A stretch of 64,000 bases of DNA from an uncultured delta proteobacterium (GTDB lineage: Bacteria > Desulfobacterota > Binatia > UBA9968): the NCBI GenBank assembly GCA_963755715.1, contig CAVWLW010000036.1:1-64000 (forward strand). Reading direction: 5' to 3'. The position numbers and the translations under genes are program-made. Of the stretch, positions 39,128 through 49,780 are shown piece after piece. A model generated the notes under the pieces. It made no database searches. It was given only the letters and a program-made list of their open reading frames with translations, and was not told the DNA's origin. Positions within the stretch are counted from its first letter, which is position 1; every line of letters begins with the position of its first letter.

Positions 39128-40811
39128 ATGAGCCCTGAACCCAACAAAGTTATCTATTCGATGGTCGGCGTCAGCAAGTTCTACGACAAACGCGCCGTCC
39201 TGAAAAACATCTATCTCTCGTATTTCTATGGCGCGAAGATCGGCGTGATCGGACTCAACGGCTCGGGCAAATCGTCGCTGCTGCGCATCATGGCCGGCGT
39301 CGACAAGGAGATCAACGGCGAGGCGGTTTTATCGCCGGGCTATACCGTCGGTTATCTGGAGCAGGAACCCTTGATCGACGACTCGCGAACCGTGCGCGAA
39401 GTCGTCGAAGAGGCCGTGCAAGAAACTGTCAATCTGCTGAAAGAGTTTGAAGAGATCAACGCCAAGTTTGCCGAAGAGATGTCCGACGAGGAAATGAATA
39501 AGCTGCTCGAGCGCCAAGGCGAAGTACAGGAGAAGCTCGATCATCAGGGCGCGTGGGACCTCGATGCGCGGCTGGAGATGGCCATGGATGCGCTGCGCTG
39601 CCCGCCGCCGGACACCGCGGTGAAGATTTTGTCCGGCGGAGAACGGCGCCGAGTGGCCTTGTGCCGGTTGCTTCTGCAAAAACCCGACATTCTTCTGCTC
39701 GATGAGCCGACCAACCACCTCGATGCCGAGTCCGTCGCCTGGCTCGAGCATCACCTGCAAAGTTATCCGGGCACGATCATCGCCGTTACGCATGACCGGT
39801 ATTTTCTGGACAACGTCGCCGGCTGGATTCTGGAACTCGATCGCGGCGAGGGCATCCCGTTCAAAGGCAACTACACGTCGTGGCTGGAACAAAAGCAGGA
39901 GCGTCTGCGTCAGCAGGAAAAGTCTGAAAGCGAGCGGCAGAAGACGCTGCAGCGCGAACTCGAATGGATTCGCATGTCGCCGAAGGCGCGGCAAGCCAAA
40001 GGCAAAGCGCGCATCACGGCTTATGAATCATTGCTCGACCAGGAGGCACAGAAGCGGCGCGAAGATTTGGAGATCCCCATTCCGCCCGGGCCGCGCCTGG
40101 GCAACGTCGTAATCGAAGCGGAAGGCGTCGCCAAAGGGTACGGCGACAATCTGCTGGTCGACGACATGACCTTCAAACTGCCACCCGGCGGCATCGTTGG
40201 CGTGATCGGTCCCAACGGCGCCGGCAAGACGACGTTATTTCGCATGGTCACGGGACAGGAGCAGCCCGATAAGGGAAAGATCCGCATCGGTGAAACCGTC
40301 GCCCTAGCTTATGTCGATCAGAGCCGCACGCTCGATCCAAAGAAATCGATTTGGGAAGAGATCAGCGGCGGCGCGGATTTATTGAAAATCGGCGCTCGCG
40401 AACGTCAACTCGCGCGCGTACGTGGCGCGCTTCAATTTTTCCGGCACGGATCAGCAAAAGAAGGTGGGAGCGCTGTCGGGAGGCGAACGCAATCGGGTTC
40501 ATCTGGCGAAGATGTTGAAAGAGGGCGCCAACGTCTTGTTGCTCGACGAACCGACCAACGACTTGGATGTGAACACGCTGCGCGCGCTGGAAGAGGCGCT
40601 GGAAAACTTCGCCGGCTGCGCGGTGGTGATCTCGCATGATCGCTGGTTTCTCGATCGGATCGCGACGCATATTCTCGCCTTCGAAGGCGACAGCAAGGTC
40701 ATCTGGTTCGACGGCAACTATTCAGAATACGAGGCTGATCGGAAGGCGCGGCTTGGCGCCGAAGCGGATCAGCCGCATCGGATCAAGTATCGACCGTTGA
40801 CGCGAGGTTAA
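39128..40811 (+). CDS. ettA: Energy-dependent translational throttle EttA (ABC-F), frameshift ~40403
   Basis: [44 protein letters not shown] and QPHRIKYR. Removing one C restores [13 protein letters not shown]. Confidence 0.93.
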
Positions 40812-41165
40812 CGGGGCATAATGTCTTGACTGTCTGAAGATCGCTTTGGCGGAAGTCGGTGAGCCGGTCAATTAGCCGTGGATTGCGGATTTCATCCACT
40901 CATCGGCGCCATTCCAACGCCGCAAAGCAGCGAACGTTTGTTTTCAAAGCAGCGCGGCCGCTCCGACCTTTTCGCGCAAGCGATCTCGGCCCTGTAAATC
41001 CACTTTCCCGGTCTCGACCCGTGAGCTGGCGCCGCTTCTGCGCCACTTATTGAATCCTTCGCGCCGCACCTGATAAGGCATCTATCCAAGACCGGCAGCG
41101 CTTGACAGGCAAGGCGGCGCCGCGCAATTGTACGGTTTGAATTCTATGAATTGTCGAGCGAGGCC

Positions 41166-42137
41166 ATGAGCACCCAAACCCTGGAAATCGAATTTCCCGT
41201 AATGCGCTACGACGTTACCATGCCGCTCCTGGAAGGGCGCGTGGCCATCGACGGCGTACAGTTGAAGCCGGTCAAATCGTCGTCGATGATCAACAAAGAA
41301 GATGTCAAGATGAAAGCCGGCGACTTCGGTCTGATGGATTTAAACATCGGCTATTTCCTGCCGGCCATCGAAGCCGGCTGGGAAATCATCGGCCTGCCGG
41401 TTTTCTCCAAGCGCAAGCCCGTCTATCAACTGATCTTCTGCCATGCCAACGCCGCCATCAACGCACCGAAAGATCTTGAAGGCAAACGCATCGGCTCGCG
41501 CACTTATCGAACCGCGCTGACTGTGTGGGCAAGAGGCTTGTTGGGTGAACGTTACGGTGTCGACTTTTCCAAAGTCCAATGGGTGCTGCAAGCCAAGGAA
41601 GTTTTTCCAGTCCACGACACAAACGCCAGGATCGAGTACGTCGACGAATCCAAAAATATGTCGCAACGCCTCATCGCCGGCGAATTGGATGCCATCATCA
41701 CTGATATTTCCGACACCAAGATGTTTGAAAATCTCGAAGGTCATCCCCAAATCAAGCGCTTGTTCGCCGGTTATCTCCACGAGGATCAAAAGCTTTATCG
41801 GGAAACCGGGATTTTTACGCCGGTGCATATGATCGTCATGAGCCGCAAGCTCGACCGCGAGCACCCTGAGCTCGCCGCTAAGTTCTACGCCGCCTTTGAA
41901 AAAGCCAAACAGATCGCCTACGACGATATCCTAAGCGATCGCGGCGGCTTCTCAGTGATCTATTTAAGAGAGCGAATGAAAGAGCAAACGGCCGCCTGGG
42001 GCGATCCGTGGAAATACGGCATCAAAGCGAACAAGACCACGATCGACGCTTTTATCAAGTACAATGTCGAGCAAGGCATGATCCGCTCGGCGCCGTCCTA
42101 TGACGAAATCTTCGCCTCGGGCACGCTCGATACGTGA
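41166..42137 (+). CDS. 4,5-dihydroxyphthalate decarboxylase-like protein (periplasmic-binding-protein fold, no signal peptide)
   Basis: YDVTMPLLEGRV.IDGV, LPVF, YRTALTVWARG, YRETGIFTPVH and DPWKYG. Confidence 0.7.
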   Translation: MSTQTLEIEFPVMRYDVTMPLLEGRVAIDGVQLKPVKSSSMINKEDVKMKAGDFGLMDLNIGYFLPAIEAGWEIIGLPVFSKRKPVYQLIFCHANAAINAPKDLEGKRIGSRTYRTALTVWARGLLGERYGVDFSKVQWVLQAKEVFPVHDTNARIEYVDESKNMSQRLIAGELDAIITDISDTKMFENLEGHPQIKRLFAGYLHEDQKLYRETGIFTPVHMIVMSRKLDREHPELAAKFYAAFEKAKQIAYDDILSDRGGFSVIYLRERMKEQTAAWGDPWKYGIKANKTTIDAFIKYNVEQGMIRSAPSYDEIFASGTLDT

Positions 42138-42143
42138 TCGATC

Positions 42144-42181
42144 TTGACGGCTTGAACTATTGGAACGACTTGAACGTTTTT
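42144..42181. repeat. Short ~9-bp tandem repeat (TTGAACnnn-like)
   Basis: TTGACGGC TTGAACTAT TGGAACGAC TTGAACGTT. Confidence 0.45.
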
Positions 42182-42212
42182 AGCCCTTGAATAACTTAGT
42201 GAGAGGTTCTGT

Positions 42213-43496
42213 ATGTTATCGAGAGAAGATAACGATTTAGTCACTCAGACCAATCAGGGAACGCCGATGGGCAATCTGATTCGGCGCTACTGGGTCCCGG
42301 CGTTGCTCTCGGAAGAAATTCCCGCCGCCGACTGCCCGCCCGTACGCGTAAAGCTTATGGGCGAAGATCTGGTTGCGTTTCGCGACACTCAAGGACGCAT
42401 CGGTCTCGTCGGCGAGCACTGCGCCCACCGCGGCACGTCGCTTTTTTTCGGCCGCAACGAAGAGTGCGGTCTGCGCTGTATTTACCATGGCTGGAAATAC
42501 GACGTTGAGGGTAATGTCGTTGACACTCCCGCGGAACCCGCTGATAGCGATTTTCGCAAGAAGCTCCGCCACACGGCGTATCCCACGCATGAAACCAATG
42601 GCGTTATTTATGCTTACCTCGGTCCGCGCGAATTGATGCCGCTCTTTCCCAACTACGAATGGACCCAAGTGCCACCGGAGTTTTCTTACGTGACCAAAGC
42701 TTTACTGGAGTGCAATTACCTCCAGGGCCTCGAAGGCGAGTGCGATTCGTCCCATTTGTCCTTCTTGCATCGCGCCTTTACCAACGAGCGCAATCAGCCC
42801 CTCTACAAAAGCGACACCGCGCCGTTTTATGAAACCGAAGACACCGACTTCGGCGTCCGTTTAATCGCCACGCGCAACTTCGACAACCAACACTACATCC
42901 GTTTCTCCGCCTTCATCATGCCGGTGTATGGCTGCGTGCCGGCAGGACGGCCGACCAATGAACTGGAAGGCTATGAAATCCACACCTACGTGCCGGCCGA
43001 CGACACGCACTGCTGGCGCTACGATATCGGCTTTCGCCGCGACCGCGCCGTGAGCGACGACGAGGTGCACCGGCGCAAACAGATCAATCCCGACTACACC
43101 CGGATTCGTAACGCGCGTAATAATTATCTCCAGGATCGCCAGATGCAAAAAAAGATAAATTTCACGGGCATCGAGGATTTTCTCAATCACGACGCGTGCG
43201 CCACGGAGAGCATGGGCGCAATCTTCGACCGCAGCCGGGAGCATCTCGGCGTCAGCGACAAGGCCGTCATCGCCGTGCGCAGGTTTCTTCTCACCAGCGT
43301 GAAGGAGTTCAACACCGGCAAAGAGCCGCCGCATATTTTGCGCGATGTCGCTCGCAATTGGTTCCCGCACATCGACTGTTTCGCGCACATGCTCGGCCGC
43401 GAAGTGCCGTGGCGGCAGCACTTCAATTATTTGACGGCGACGGCAGAAAAAGAAAATCCGGCGTCTTACACCGCGCGCCGCAAGGCGGCATCGTGA
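42213..43496 (+). CDS. Rieske oxygenase alpha subunit, LigXa/phthalate 4,5-dioxygenase-like (paralog of 8722-9999)
   Basis: CAHRG...CIYHGW; EGECDSSHLSFLH. Confidence 0.9.
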   Translation: MLSREDNDLVTQTNQGTPMGNLIRRYWVPALLSEEIPAADCPPVRVKLMGEDLVAFRDTQGRIGLVGEHCAHRGTSLFFGRNEECGLRCIYHGWKYDVEGNVVDTPAEPADSDFRKKLRHTAYPTHETNGVIYAYLGPRELMPLFPNYEWTQVPPEFSYVTKALLECNYLQGLEGECDSSHLSFLHRAFTNERNQPLYKSDTAPFYETEDTDFGVRLIATRNFDNQHYIRFSAFIMPVYGCVPAGRPTNELEGYEIHTYVPADDTHCWRYDIGFRRDRAVSDDEVHRRKQINPDYTRIRNARNNYLQDRQMQKKINFTGIEDFLNHDACATESMGAIFDRSREHLGVSDKAVIAVRRFLLTSVKEFNTGKEPPHILRDVARNWFPHIDCFAHMLGREVPWRQHFNYLTATAEKENPASYTARRKAAS

Positions 43497-43506
43497 AGCC
43501 GCTTCG

Positions 43507-44292
43507 GTGCAACTTACAAAACCGGAAAGAACTATGAAAACATCGGACAGAGCGGTCGGCCGAGAGCTTAAAAAATCGGTCAAAGCCATCGAGCAAGAGC
43601 TGACGATCGCCGCAAAAATACTCGACTGGGAAATCGGCGATCTATGGGGCCACGTGGGCGCGCGCTTGCCCAACGGCAAGGGAATCGCCGTAAGAATGTT
43701 TCGCCGTCCAGAGCGCGACAAGAAAGATTGGCTGGTTCATTTCGATTTTTCCTTGAAGAAGCTTTCCGGCGTCGGCACCATTCCGCGCGAAGCGGTCATC
43801 TATTCGGAGATTTTCAAAGCCCGGCCCGACGTCAACGCCGCTGTGCATTGTCACGCTTCCATGTGCATCGCGCTCAGCCTGGCGGACAAGCCCGTCGATT
43901 GGGTGCATATGCAGTCCTCACGTTTCAGCGGCGGCACGCCGATCTTTCCCCGGCCGATTTATATCTTGGACGAAGATGAAGGCGCGGCGCTTGCTCAGAG
44001 TCTAGGAGACGCGTCAGCGGTAATGATCAAAGGCCATGGCATCGTCACGGTCGGCGCGACCATCGACGAAGCTTGCATCAACGCCCTCTACATGGAACGC
44101 ACCGCCAAAATCATCGCCATCGCCGGCCTGCACGGCTACCAGGGGCCGACGCCGGACTCGATCGAAACTCTGACCGCGAGCCGAAAAAAGCTTTTCCGCC
44201 GGCCGCGCGACGAGATGTTTCATTCCGCCGATTGGAACTACTACGCGGACAAAGTTAAACGAGGCGAGCACTGGACGAGAGGCTGGACGTGA
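43507..44292 (+). CDS. Class II aldolase/adducin-family metalloenzyme
   Basis: WGHVGAR, ARPDVNAAVHCH and IKGHGIVTVG. The start may be ATG 43534. Confidence 0.85.
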   Translation: MQLTKPERTMKTSDRAVGRELKKSVKAIEQELTIAAKILDWEIGDLWGHVGARLPNGKGIAVRMFRRPERDKKDWLVHFDFSLKKLSGVGTIPREAVIYSEIFKARPDVNAAVHCHASMCIALSLADKPVDWVHMQSSRFSGGTPIFPRPIYILDEDEGAALAQSLGDASAVMIKGHGIVTVGATIDEACINALYMERTAKIIAIAGLHGYQGPTPDSIETLTASRKKLFRRPRDEMFHSADWNYYADKVKRGEHWTRGWT

Positions 44293-44297
44293 GATTT

Positions 44298-44367
44298 AGT
44301 TTCTCGTTTCTAGTCTCTGGCTCCTAGTCTCGGAATTGAACCAACTAGAAACTTGGAACTAGAAACT
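44298..44367. repeat. Heptamer palindromic element (AGTTTCT...AGAAACT)
   Basis: AGTTTCTCGTTTCTAGT...ACTAGAAACTTGGAACTAGAAACT. Confidence 0.65.
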
Positions 44368-44390
44368 TCGGATAAACGAGGTTACCCGGC

Positions 44391-45378
44391 ATGCTGTATC
44401 AACGGTTGTGCATCGTCCTGCTGCTGTTGCTGTTTCCGATAAATTCGCTCGCCCAAGAAACTTATCTGGTTGCCTACGCCGGCTTCGCAGGCTTTCAGGC
44501 GCCGGTGTGGGCGCCCAAAGACCTCGGGTTGTTTTCAAAATATGGCTTTAACGGCGACGTCGTGCTCGTTCCGGGTTCTGTGCGGCAAATTCAAGCCGTG
44601 CTCGGCGGCAGCATTCACCTCGCCCAGATTGACGCCGCCACGGGAATCAACGCGATCAGCCAGGGCGCGGATATCGTCATGATTTCCGGGACGCTCAACA
44701 ATTTTCCGTACAGCTTCGTGACCCAGAAAGAGATTCGTAAGCCGGAGGATCTGACCGGCAAGAAGATCGGTATTTTGGCGGTCGGCGGCGCCACTGAAAC
44801 CGCTACTTTTCTCGCTTCTCAAAGCATGGAATATAGCGCGCCAGTCGGTGACGATTTTTCCCGCCGGCGATTCTGCGGCGCGGATCGTCGCGCTTTCCGC
44901 GAGAGCCATTGATGCCACCATGTTGTCTTATCCTGACATCAATGAAGCGCTGCGGCTGGGCATGCACGAGCTTGTAAAAATGCCTGATGTCAAAGGAACG
45001 TCCTTTCCGATGAATGTCATGATCGCGCGCCGCTCTTTTGTCGAAAAAAACCGCGATACGGTGAAGCGCTTTCAACAAGCCTATGCCGAAGGCACTTACC
45101 AATTCATGACCAGCCGAGAAAAAGGACTCGCGGTGCTCTCCAAGCGATTAAGATTTAAAAATCCCAAGGGGCTCGAAGAAACCTACGATTACTTTGCCAA
45201 GAGTTTTGCGATGCCGACGCGCGTGTCGCAGGAAGGCTTGCGCAACACCCTGGAAATCATCGCGCAGCGAAATCCGGCCGTGAAAGTCGACATGAACATC
45301 GGCAAATACCTCGACGAAAGCATCGTCGACGAGTTGGAACGCGAAGGATTTTTCAAGCGTTTGCTCGGAAAGAGCTAA
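44391..45378 (+). CDS. ABC substrate-binding protein, NMT1/SsuA family (frameshift ~44817)
   Basis: ORFs 44391-44912 and 44848-45378 join into one typical SBP ending ELEREGFF. Confidence 0.82.
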
Positions 45379-46472
45379 TGAACAATCGACCGTTTCAATT
45401 TTGTCGGGGCAACCCCCTGTGGTTGCCCGTTTCGAAAAGACCGCAGACAATCAAACTACGCTATTGGCTGCTACTGTTTCTTTTTGTGTTTCCGTTCGTA
45501 ATACGAGCCGCCGAAGTACCGGCGAAAGTCGCCAAACTCATCAAGCTTCGCGTCAGTCAATCGACGCTCAACACGCGCGCGGCGATTCTCTGGATCGCCC
45601 AAGCGCAGGGTTTGTTCGCTAAATACGGCGTCGATGCCGAAACGGTTTTTCTCGCAAGCAGCAACATTCAAACCGCTGCATTGGCGACCGGCGAAGTCCA
45701 GATCGGCACCATCGGCGGCGCGACGGTGCTCTCGGGTGTCGCGGGAGGTCAAAGTTTCAGAATCGTCGCCAGTCCGAGTAACCAGCTGCCCTACGATCTA
45801 GTCGCGCGGCCCGAGATCAAAGACGGCAAAGATATCCGCGGCAAGCGCATCGGCGTGACCAGCGTCGGCGGCACAACTTGGATGGCGGCCAACCTGGCAC
45901 TGCAAAACTTTGGCTTGGAACCGGGCCGCGACGATGTGAAGATCAACGCCATCGGTAATCAAGGCATCTTGATCCAAGCCATCGAAGGCGGCAGCGTCGA
46001 CCTGGCAATCGTCGACCCGTTTTTTAGCCGCCGGCTTAAACAGAAAGGGTACAAAGTGATGCTCGAGCTGCATCGCTCCAATATTCCTTTCATCACCACC
46101 AGCGTGGTGACGACGGCAACTTACTTACGCGACCACGAAGATCACGTCGAAAGATTCCTGCGCGCTTTTCTCGAAGCGCAGGCCTTTACTAGCAAACCGG
46201 AAAACAAACCGGCGGTGCTGCGAACCGTCACGATGAAAATGAAAATCACGGATCCCGCGACGGCCGAAGAGGGTTACCAGGACCTGTTGGTCGGCAACGA
46301 GAAAAAGCCTTATCCGTCCATCGAGGCGCTGCGCAATGTGCAAAAGCTCATGGCGCCGATGAATCCCAAAGTCGCCGGCTTGAAGCCGGAAGAGATTGTC
46401 GAACCGCGAATTATTCGCCGCCTCGACGAGAGCGGTTTTATCGATTCTCTATACGATTCGAAGAAGCGGTAG
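45378..46472 (+). CDS. ABC substrate-binding protein, NMT1/SsuA family
   Basis: GLFAKYGVD, DIRGKRIGV, PYPS and LDESGFID. TAATG overlap with the upstream stop. Confidence 0.85.
   Translation: MNNRPFQFCRGNPLWLPVSKRPQTIKLRYWLLLFLFVFPFVIRAAEVPAKVAKLIKLRVSQSTLNTRAAILWIAQAQGLFAKYGVDAETVFLASSNIQTAALATGEVQIGTIGGATVLSGVAGGQSFRIVASPSNQLPYDLVARPEIKDGKDIRGKRIGVTSVGGTTWMAANLALQNFGLEPGRDDVKINAIGNQGILIQAIEGGSVDLAIVDPFFSRRLKQKGYKVMLELHRSNIPFITTSVVTTATYLRDHEDHVERFLRAFLEAQAFTSKPENKPAVLRTVTMKMKITDPATAEEGYQDLLVGNEKKPYPSIEALRNVQKLMAPMNPKVAGLKPEEIVEPRIIRRLDESGFIDSLYDSKKR
45403..45428. repeat. Single GTAG-type REP variant inside a coding sequence
   Basis: GTCGGGGCAACCCCCTGTGGTTGCCC has the same architecture as the REPs at 2365-2425. 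Confidence 0.6.
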
Positions 46473-46641
46473 CGTTGATCAGTAAGGGTTAGGAGTTCCA
46501 CGCTCTACACCTGACGATAATTTCCCTTGCGTCTCGCGCCTTCATCGCCTCTGCCTTGACTCTTCGACGAGCCGTACACTATAAATCGGAAAAGTAAAAA
46601 AGACGTTTCATCCAAGTCGGCGCCGGAAAGGGATTACGCCA

Positions 46642-47649
46642 ATGCGCAAGTATTCTGCTCTACTGTTTGGATGGCTGCTGTTTTTGAACGGCCAGTTTGT
46701 CTTCGCCCAGTCAGCGCAAACCGTCGCAGCAGCGAAAAAGGAGGGCGGCAAAGTCATTCTATACACTTCCATGGAGACCTTTACCGCCGACGCTCTAAAA
46801 GCCGCATTCGAAAAAAAAACCGGCTTACAAGTGGACTATTGGCGCGGCGGATCGACGGAAGTGCTCGACCGCGTGCTGAGCGAGCACCGCGTCGGCAAAC
46901 CGGTATTTGACGTGGTCGCGATCACCGGCGACCATATGCGCCTGATGGCCAATGAGGGCGCCATTGGCAAATATGAATCGCCGTCGCTCAAAGCATTTGC
47001 TAAGGACGCCATCGATCCGGTGCTCGGCGCGCGCTACCGCAACATCATGTACGGCGTGATTTATAACAAAGCCATGCTCAAGCCGGGTGAATACCCGAAA
47101 ACGCTCGAAGATATCGTCAAACCGGAGTATCGCGGCAAGTTGGTCATGCCACACCCCACCGGCCACACGCTGACCACCCAGTGGCTCGCAAGCCTGGATA
47201 AGATCATGGCTAAACCGCGCGCCGAGAAATTCATCCACGACCTCGCCGCCGCCAAACCGATCTTCGTCGAATCGATCGTGCCGGCCGCTGACCGTGTCGG
47301 CACAGGCGAAACTCCCGTCGGCATCACCTTCGCGCGTTTTGTGCTCACCTACAATAAACAGGGCGCCAACCTCGATTACATTCGCGACTACAATATGCTC
47401 GGCGACGGGCAGTACATCAACATCGGCGCCAAAGCGCCCCGCCCGGCCACTGCCAAGGCATTCATTGATTTCTTCCTTGACGAAGAGAGCATGAAGATCC
47501 AGGCCGACACCGGCGAGTTCGTCAACCGCAAAGGCGTCTATCCGCCGCTCGCCGACGCCGATAAAATCAAATTCGTGCAGATGTACAGTTTCGGCAAAGA
47601 AGATTTCGAAGCGAAGAAGAAGGAATATCAGAAAATCTTTTTTCAGTAG
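46642..47649 (+). CDS. Extracellular solute-binding protein (Fe3+/AfuA-like)
   Basis: Signal peptide; AAKKEG, IYNK, YRGKL and APRPATAKAFIDF. Confidence 0.85.
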   Translation: MRKYSALLFGWLLFLNGQFVFAQSAQTVAAAKKEGGKVILYTSMETFTADALKAAFEKKTGLQVDYWRGGSTEVLDRVLSEHRVGKPVFDVVAITGDHMRLMANEGAIGKYESPSLKAFAKDAIDPVLGARYRNIMYGVIYNKAMLKPGEYPKTLEDIVKPEYRGKLVMPHPTGHTLTTQWLASLDKIMAKPRAEKFIHDLAAAKPIFVESIVPAADRVGTGETPVGITFARFVLTYNKQGANLDYIRDYNMLGDGQYINIGAKAPRPATAKAFIDFFLDEESMKIQADTGEFVNRKGVYPPLADADKIKFVQMYSFGKEDFEAKKKEYQKIFFQ

Positions 47650-47680
47650 CCGCGAGCCAAATTGACTTACTCAAATCCAA

Positions 47681-47783
47681 AGATTTCTCAGTCGCTTCGC
47701 TTCTTCGAAATGACAATAGGAGCGCACTGATTCAAAGCTGTCATTTCGACCGCTCTTGTCATTTCGACCGAAGGGAGAAATCC
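47681..47783. repeat. REP-like cluster (TGTCATTTCGA family)
   Basis: TCGAAATGACA opposed by two tandem TGTCATTTCGACCG; outer GATTTCTC/GAGAAATC arms. Confidence 0.7.
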
Positions 47784-47849
47784 TTCTTCGCAATTTTAGA
47801 ATGAAACCGCAGATCAAGTGATCCAGTAGAATTTTAGGAGGAAAGCGTA

Positions 47850-48923
47850 ATGGCGCAATTCGTTATCGACGCAGACGGCCACATCATGGAAGACCACAAG
47901 GATATTTTCGCTCACATCAAAGGCAACTTCAGCGAAATGGATTGGCACTCTACGTGGCCGATGTTCGACGCCGACGGCTGGCAGCGCGGCCTGGCGCGCA
48001 AAGGCAAGCGCGAAGATCCCGACGCCGAGGCGTGGGTACGATTTCAAAACGAACATGGCATCGACTGCGCCGTGCTCTATCCCACTTCCGCGTTGGCGAT
48101 TGGAATGATCCAACTCCCAGCGTGGGCGTCTGCAATCGCGCAAGGCTACAACGACTGGCTCTACGACCGCTTCACCAGCCAATCGCCGCGCTTAAAAGGC
48201 GTCGCCTTGCTCGCGCCGCAGGATCCGAAGGCCGCCGCAGCGGAATTGCGCCGCTGCGTGAAAGAGCTGGGCTTCAGCGCCGGGCTTTTACCGTCCGTGA
48301 CGAATAACCGAACGCCGCTCTACGGTTCTCCGGTGTTTCATGAAATCTATGACGAAGCCCAGCGCCTCGACGTGCCGCTCACGATCCACGGCGGCGTCAG
48401 CCAAAATCTCGGCCTCGACCGCGTGGCGAGTTTTTTGGAAGCGCACATGCTCGAGCATCCCGTCGGGTTATTTCTGCAAATCACCAACATGATGTTTCAA
48501 GGCGTTTTTCAAGAGTTCCCCAAGCTGCGCATGGCCTACCTCGAAGCCGGCGCCGGCTGGGTGCCGTTCATGATGGACCGCATGGAAGAAGACTACGAAA
48601 AATTCGCCGCCCGCCTCGCGCCGCAACTGAAAAATCCACCGAGCCATTTCTTCAAGAGCGGCAACATCTTCGTCACCATGGAAGTCGAGGAGCGCACCGC
48701 GCCGTACATCGCCGACTTAGTTCATCCTGACGTCATCATGTGGGCCTCCGACTTCCCGCACGAACGCGAACGCGACCAATTCGGCGGCGACCTGCCCCAC
48801 CTCTACGCGCGCAAAGATCTTTCCGATGATTTCAAAAGAAAAATGCTCTACGACAACCCGGTGAGATTTTATCGCTTCAGCGAAGGCGATATCGCGGCAG
48901 CGAGGAAAGCAAAGGGGAACTAA
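47850..48923 (+). CDS. Amidohydrolase_2 family protein
   Basis: IDADGHI, YNDWL, IHGG, LEAGAGW, WASDFPH and NPVRFY. Confidence 0.9.
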   Translation: MAQFVIDADGHIMEDHKDIFAHIKGNFSEMDWHSTWPMFDADGWQRGLARKGKREDPDAEAWVRFQNEHGIDCAVLYPTSALAIGMIQLPAWASAIAQGYNDWLYDRFTSQSPRLKGVALLAPQDPKAAAAELRRCVKELGFSAGLLPSVTNNRTPLYGSPVFHEIYDEAQRLDVPLTIHGGVSQNLGLDRVASFLEAHMLEHPVGLFLQITNMMFQGVFQEFPKLRMAYLEAGAGWVPFMMDRMEEDYEKFAARLAPQLKNPPSHFFKSGNIFVTMEVEERTAPYIADLVHPDVIMWASDFPHERERDQFGGDLPHLYARKDLSDDFKRKMLYDNPVRFYRFSEGDIAAARKAKGN

Positions 48924-48952
48924 CGTTAAAGTTAATCCAGCACTTTCTGTCT

Positions 48953-48990
48953 AACGGCGTCGTGGTTCTCACGACGCCGTTTGTTTTATT
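48953..48990 (+). terminator. Intrinsic terminator
   Basis: AACGGCGTCGTG-GTTCT-CACGACGCCGTT perfect 12-bp stem followed by TGTTTTATT. Confidence 0.75.
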
Positions 48991-49110
48991 GAAACGTTCT
49001 GCTAACCACAAAAGGTGCTTGTAGCGGTGCAGGAAGCATCGTCGGGCACACTGTAATAGGCGCTTCAAGCGCGAAAGCTTTTGATGGTCTTGGCCAGCTT
49101 CGGCCCGCAT

Positions 49111-49629
49111 TCATTTATTGACCTCGAACCGCAGCTCTGACTTTGCTTCGGACTTTCCGTTCAAGTCGCGAGCCACAGCGGTAATTCGATACGTCCCCGG
49201 CGGATCATTTGGCTCGATGACGAGGCCCATGTAGCTGCGGCTGAGCTGGGTATATCCAGCTCTCGGCGCAGGTTTCTGTTGCCACAGCTCAACGCCACGC
49301 ATTTCACCGTATACCTTTCCCCGTGGATCGTAAGCAACGATGTCAATAAGGGCATTGCAGTTGCCAGACACATCGGGCTTACAACCCTTGAAGAGGACGA
49401 CTGCTGAAAGGAACTGCCCGCGCCGAACGACTTTGATTGATTGAACGCTAAAGGGCTTTCCCGTCGGGCGATCCCAATTGTTGAAAAGCTCATCACCTTT
49501 TGAGGTGACATGAATGCTGATCTCAAAGAAGGCGTTGGCAGATTCTGACGTGACCCCTTTGGTTAACACGGGAAAACCTGCCCATGCGACCGAAGTCACA
49601 ACTATAAGAAATATTCCAACCTCCTTCAT
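49111..49629 (-). CDS. Hypothetical exported beta-sandwich protein
   Basis: Signal peptide ending AWA; DPPGTYRITAVARD Ig-like tail; one Cys pair. Confidence 0.65.
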   Translation of the reverse strand: MKEVGIFLIVVTSVAWAGFPVLTKGVTSESANAFFEISIHVTSKGDELFNNWDRPTGKPFSVQSIKVVRRGQFLSAVVLFKGCKPDVSGNCNALIDIVAYDPRGKVYGEMRGVELWQQKPAPRAGYTQLSRSYMGLVIEPNDPPGTYRITAVARDLNGKSEAKSELRFEVNK

Positions 49630-49780
49630 TTGGGATGTGCGATCCAAGATTAAGTGAGCATCGACAATAAAGCCCAAATCGCTCGCAATATCAGGGAGCT
49701 ACCCTGCGCTTTTCACATTCTGCGGACCATCAGACGCTGCCTGAGCGGCGGCCTATTTCGGCCAAAGTATATGAATGAGC

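Noticed and set aside
40395-40410. Programmed frameshift in ettA
   Set aside because: No slippery heptamer or stimulator; the same indel pattern occurs throughout the window.
48995-49065. Possible integron attC site
   Set aside because: The ends do not fit RYYYAAC/GTTRRRY, internal dyad symmetry is poor, and there is no integrase or cassette array.
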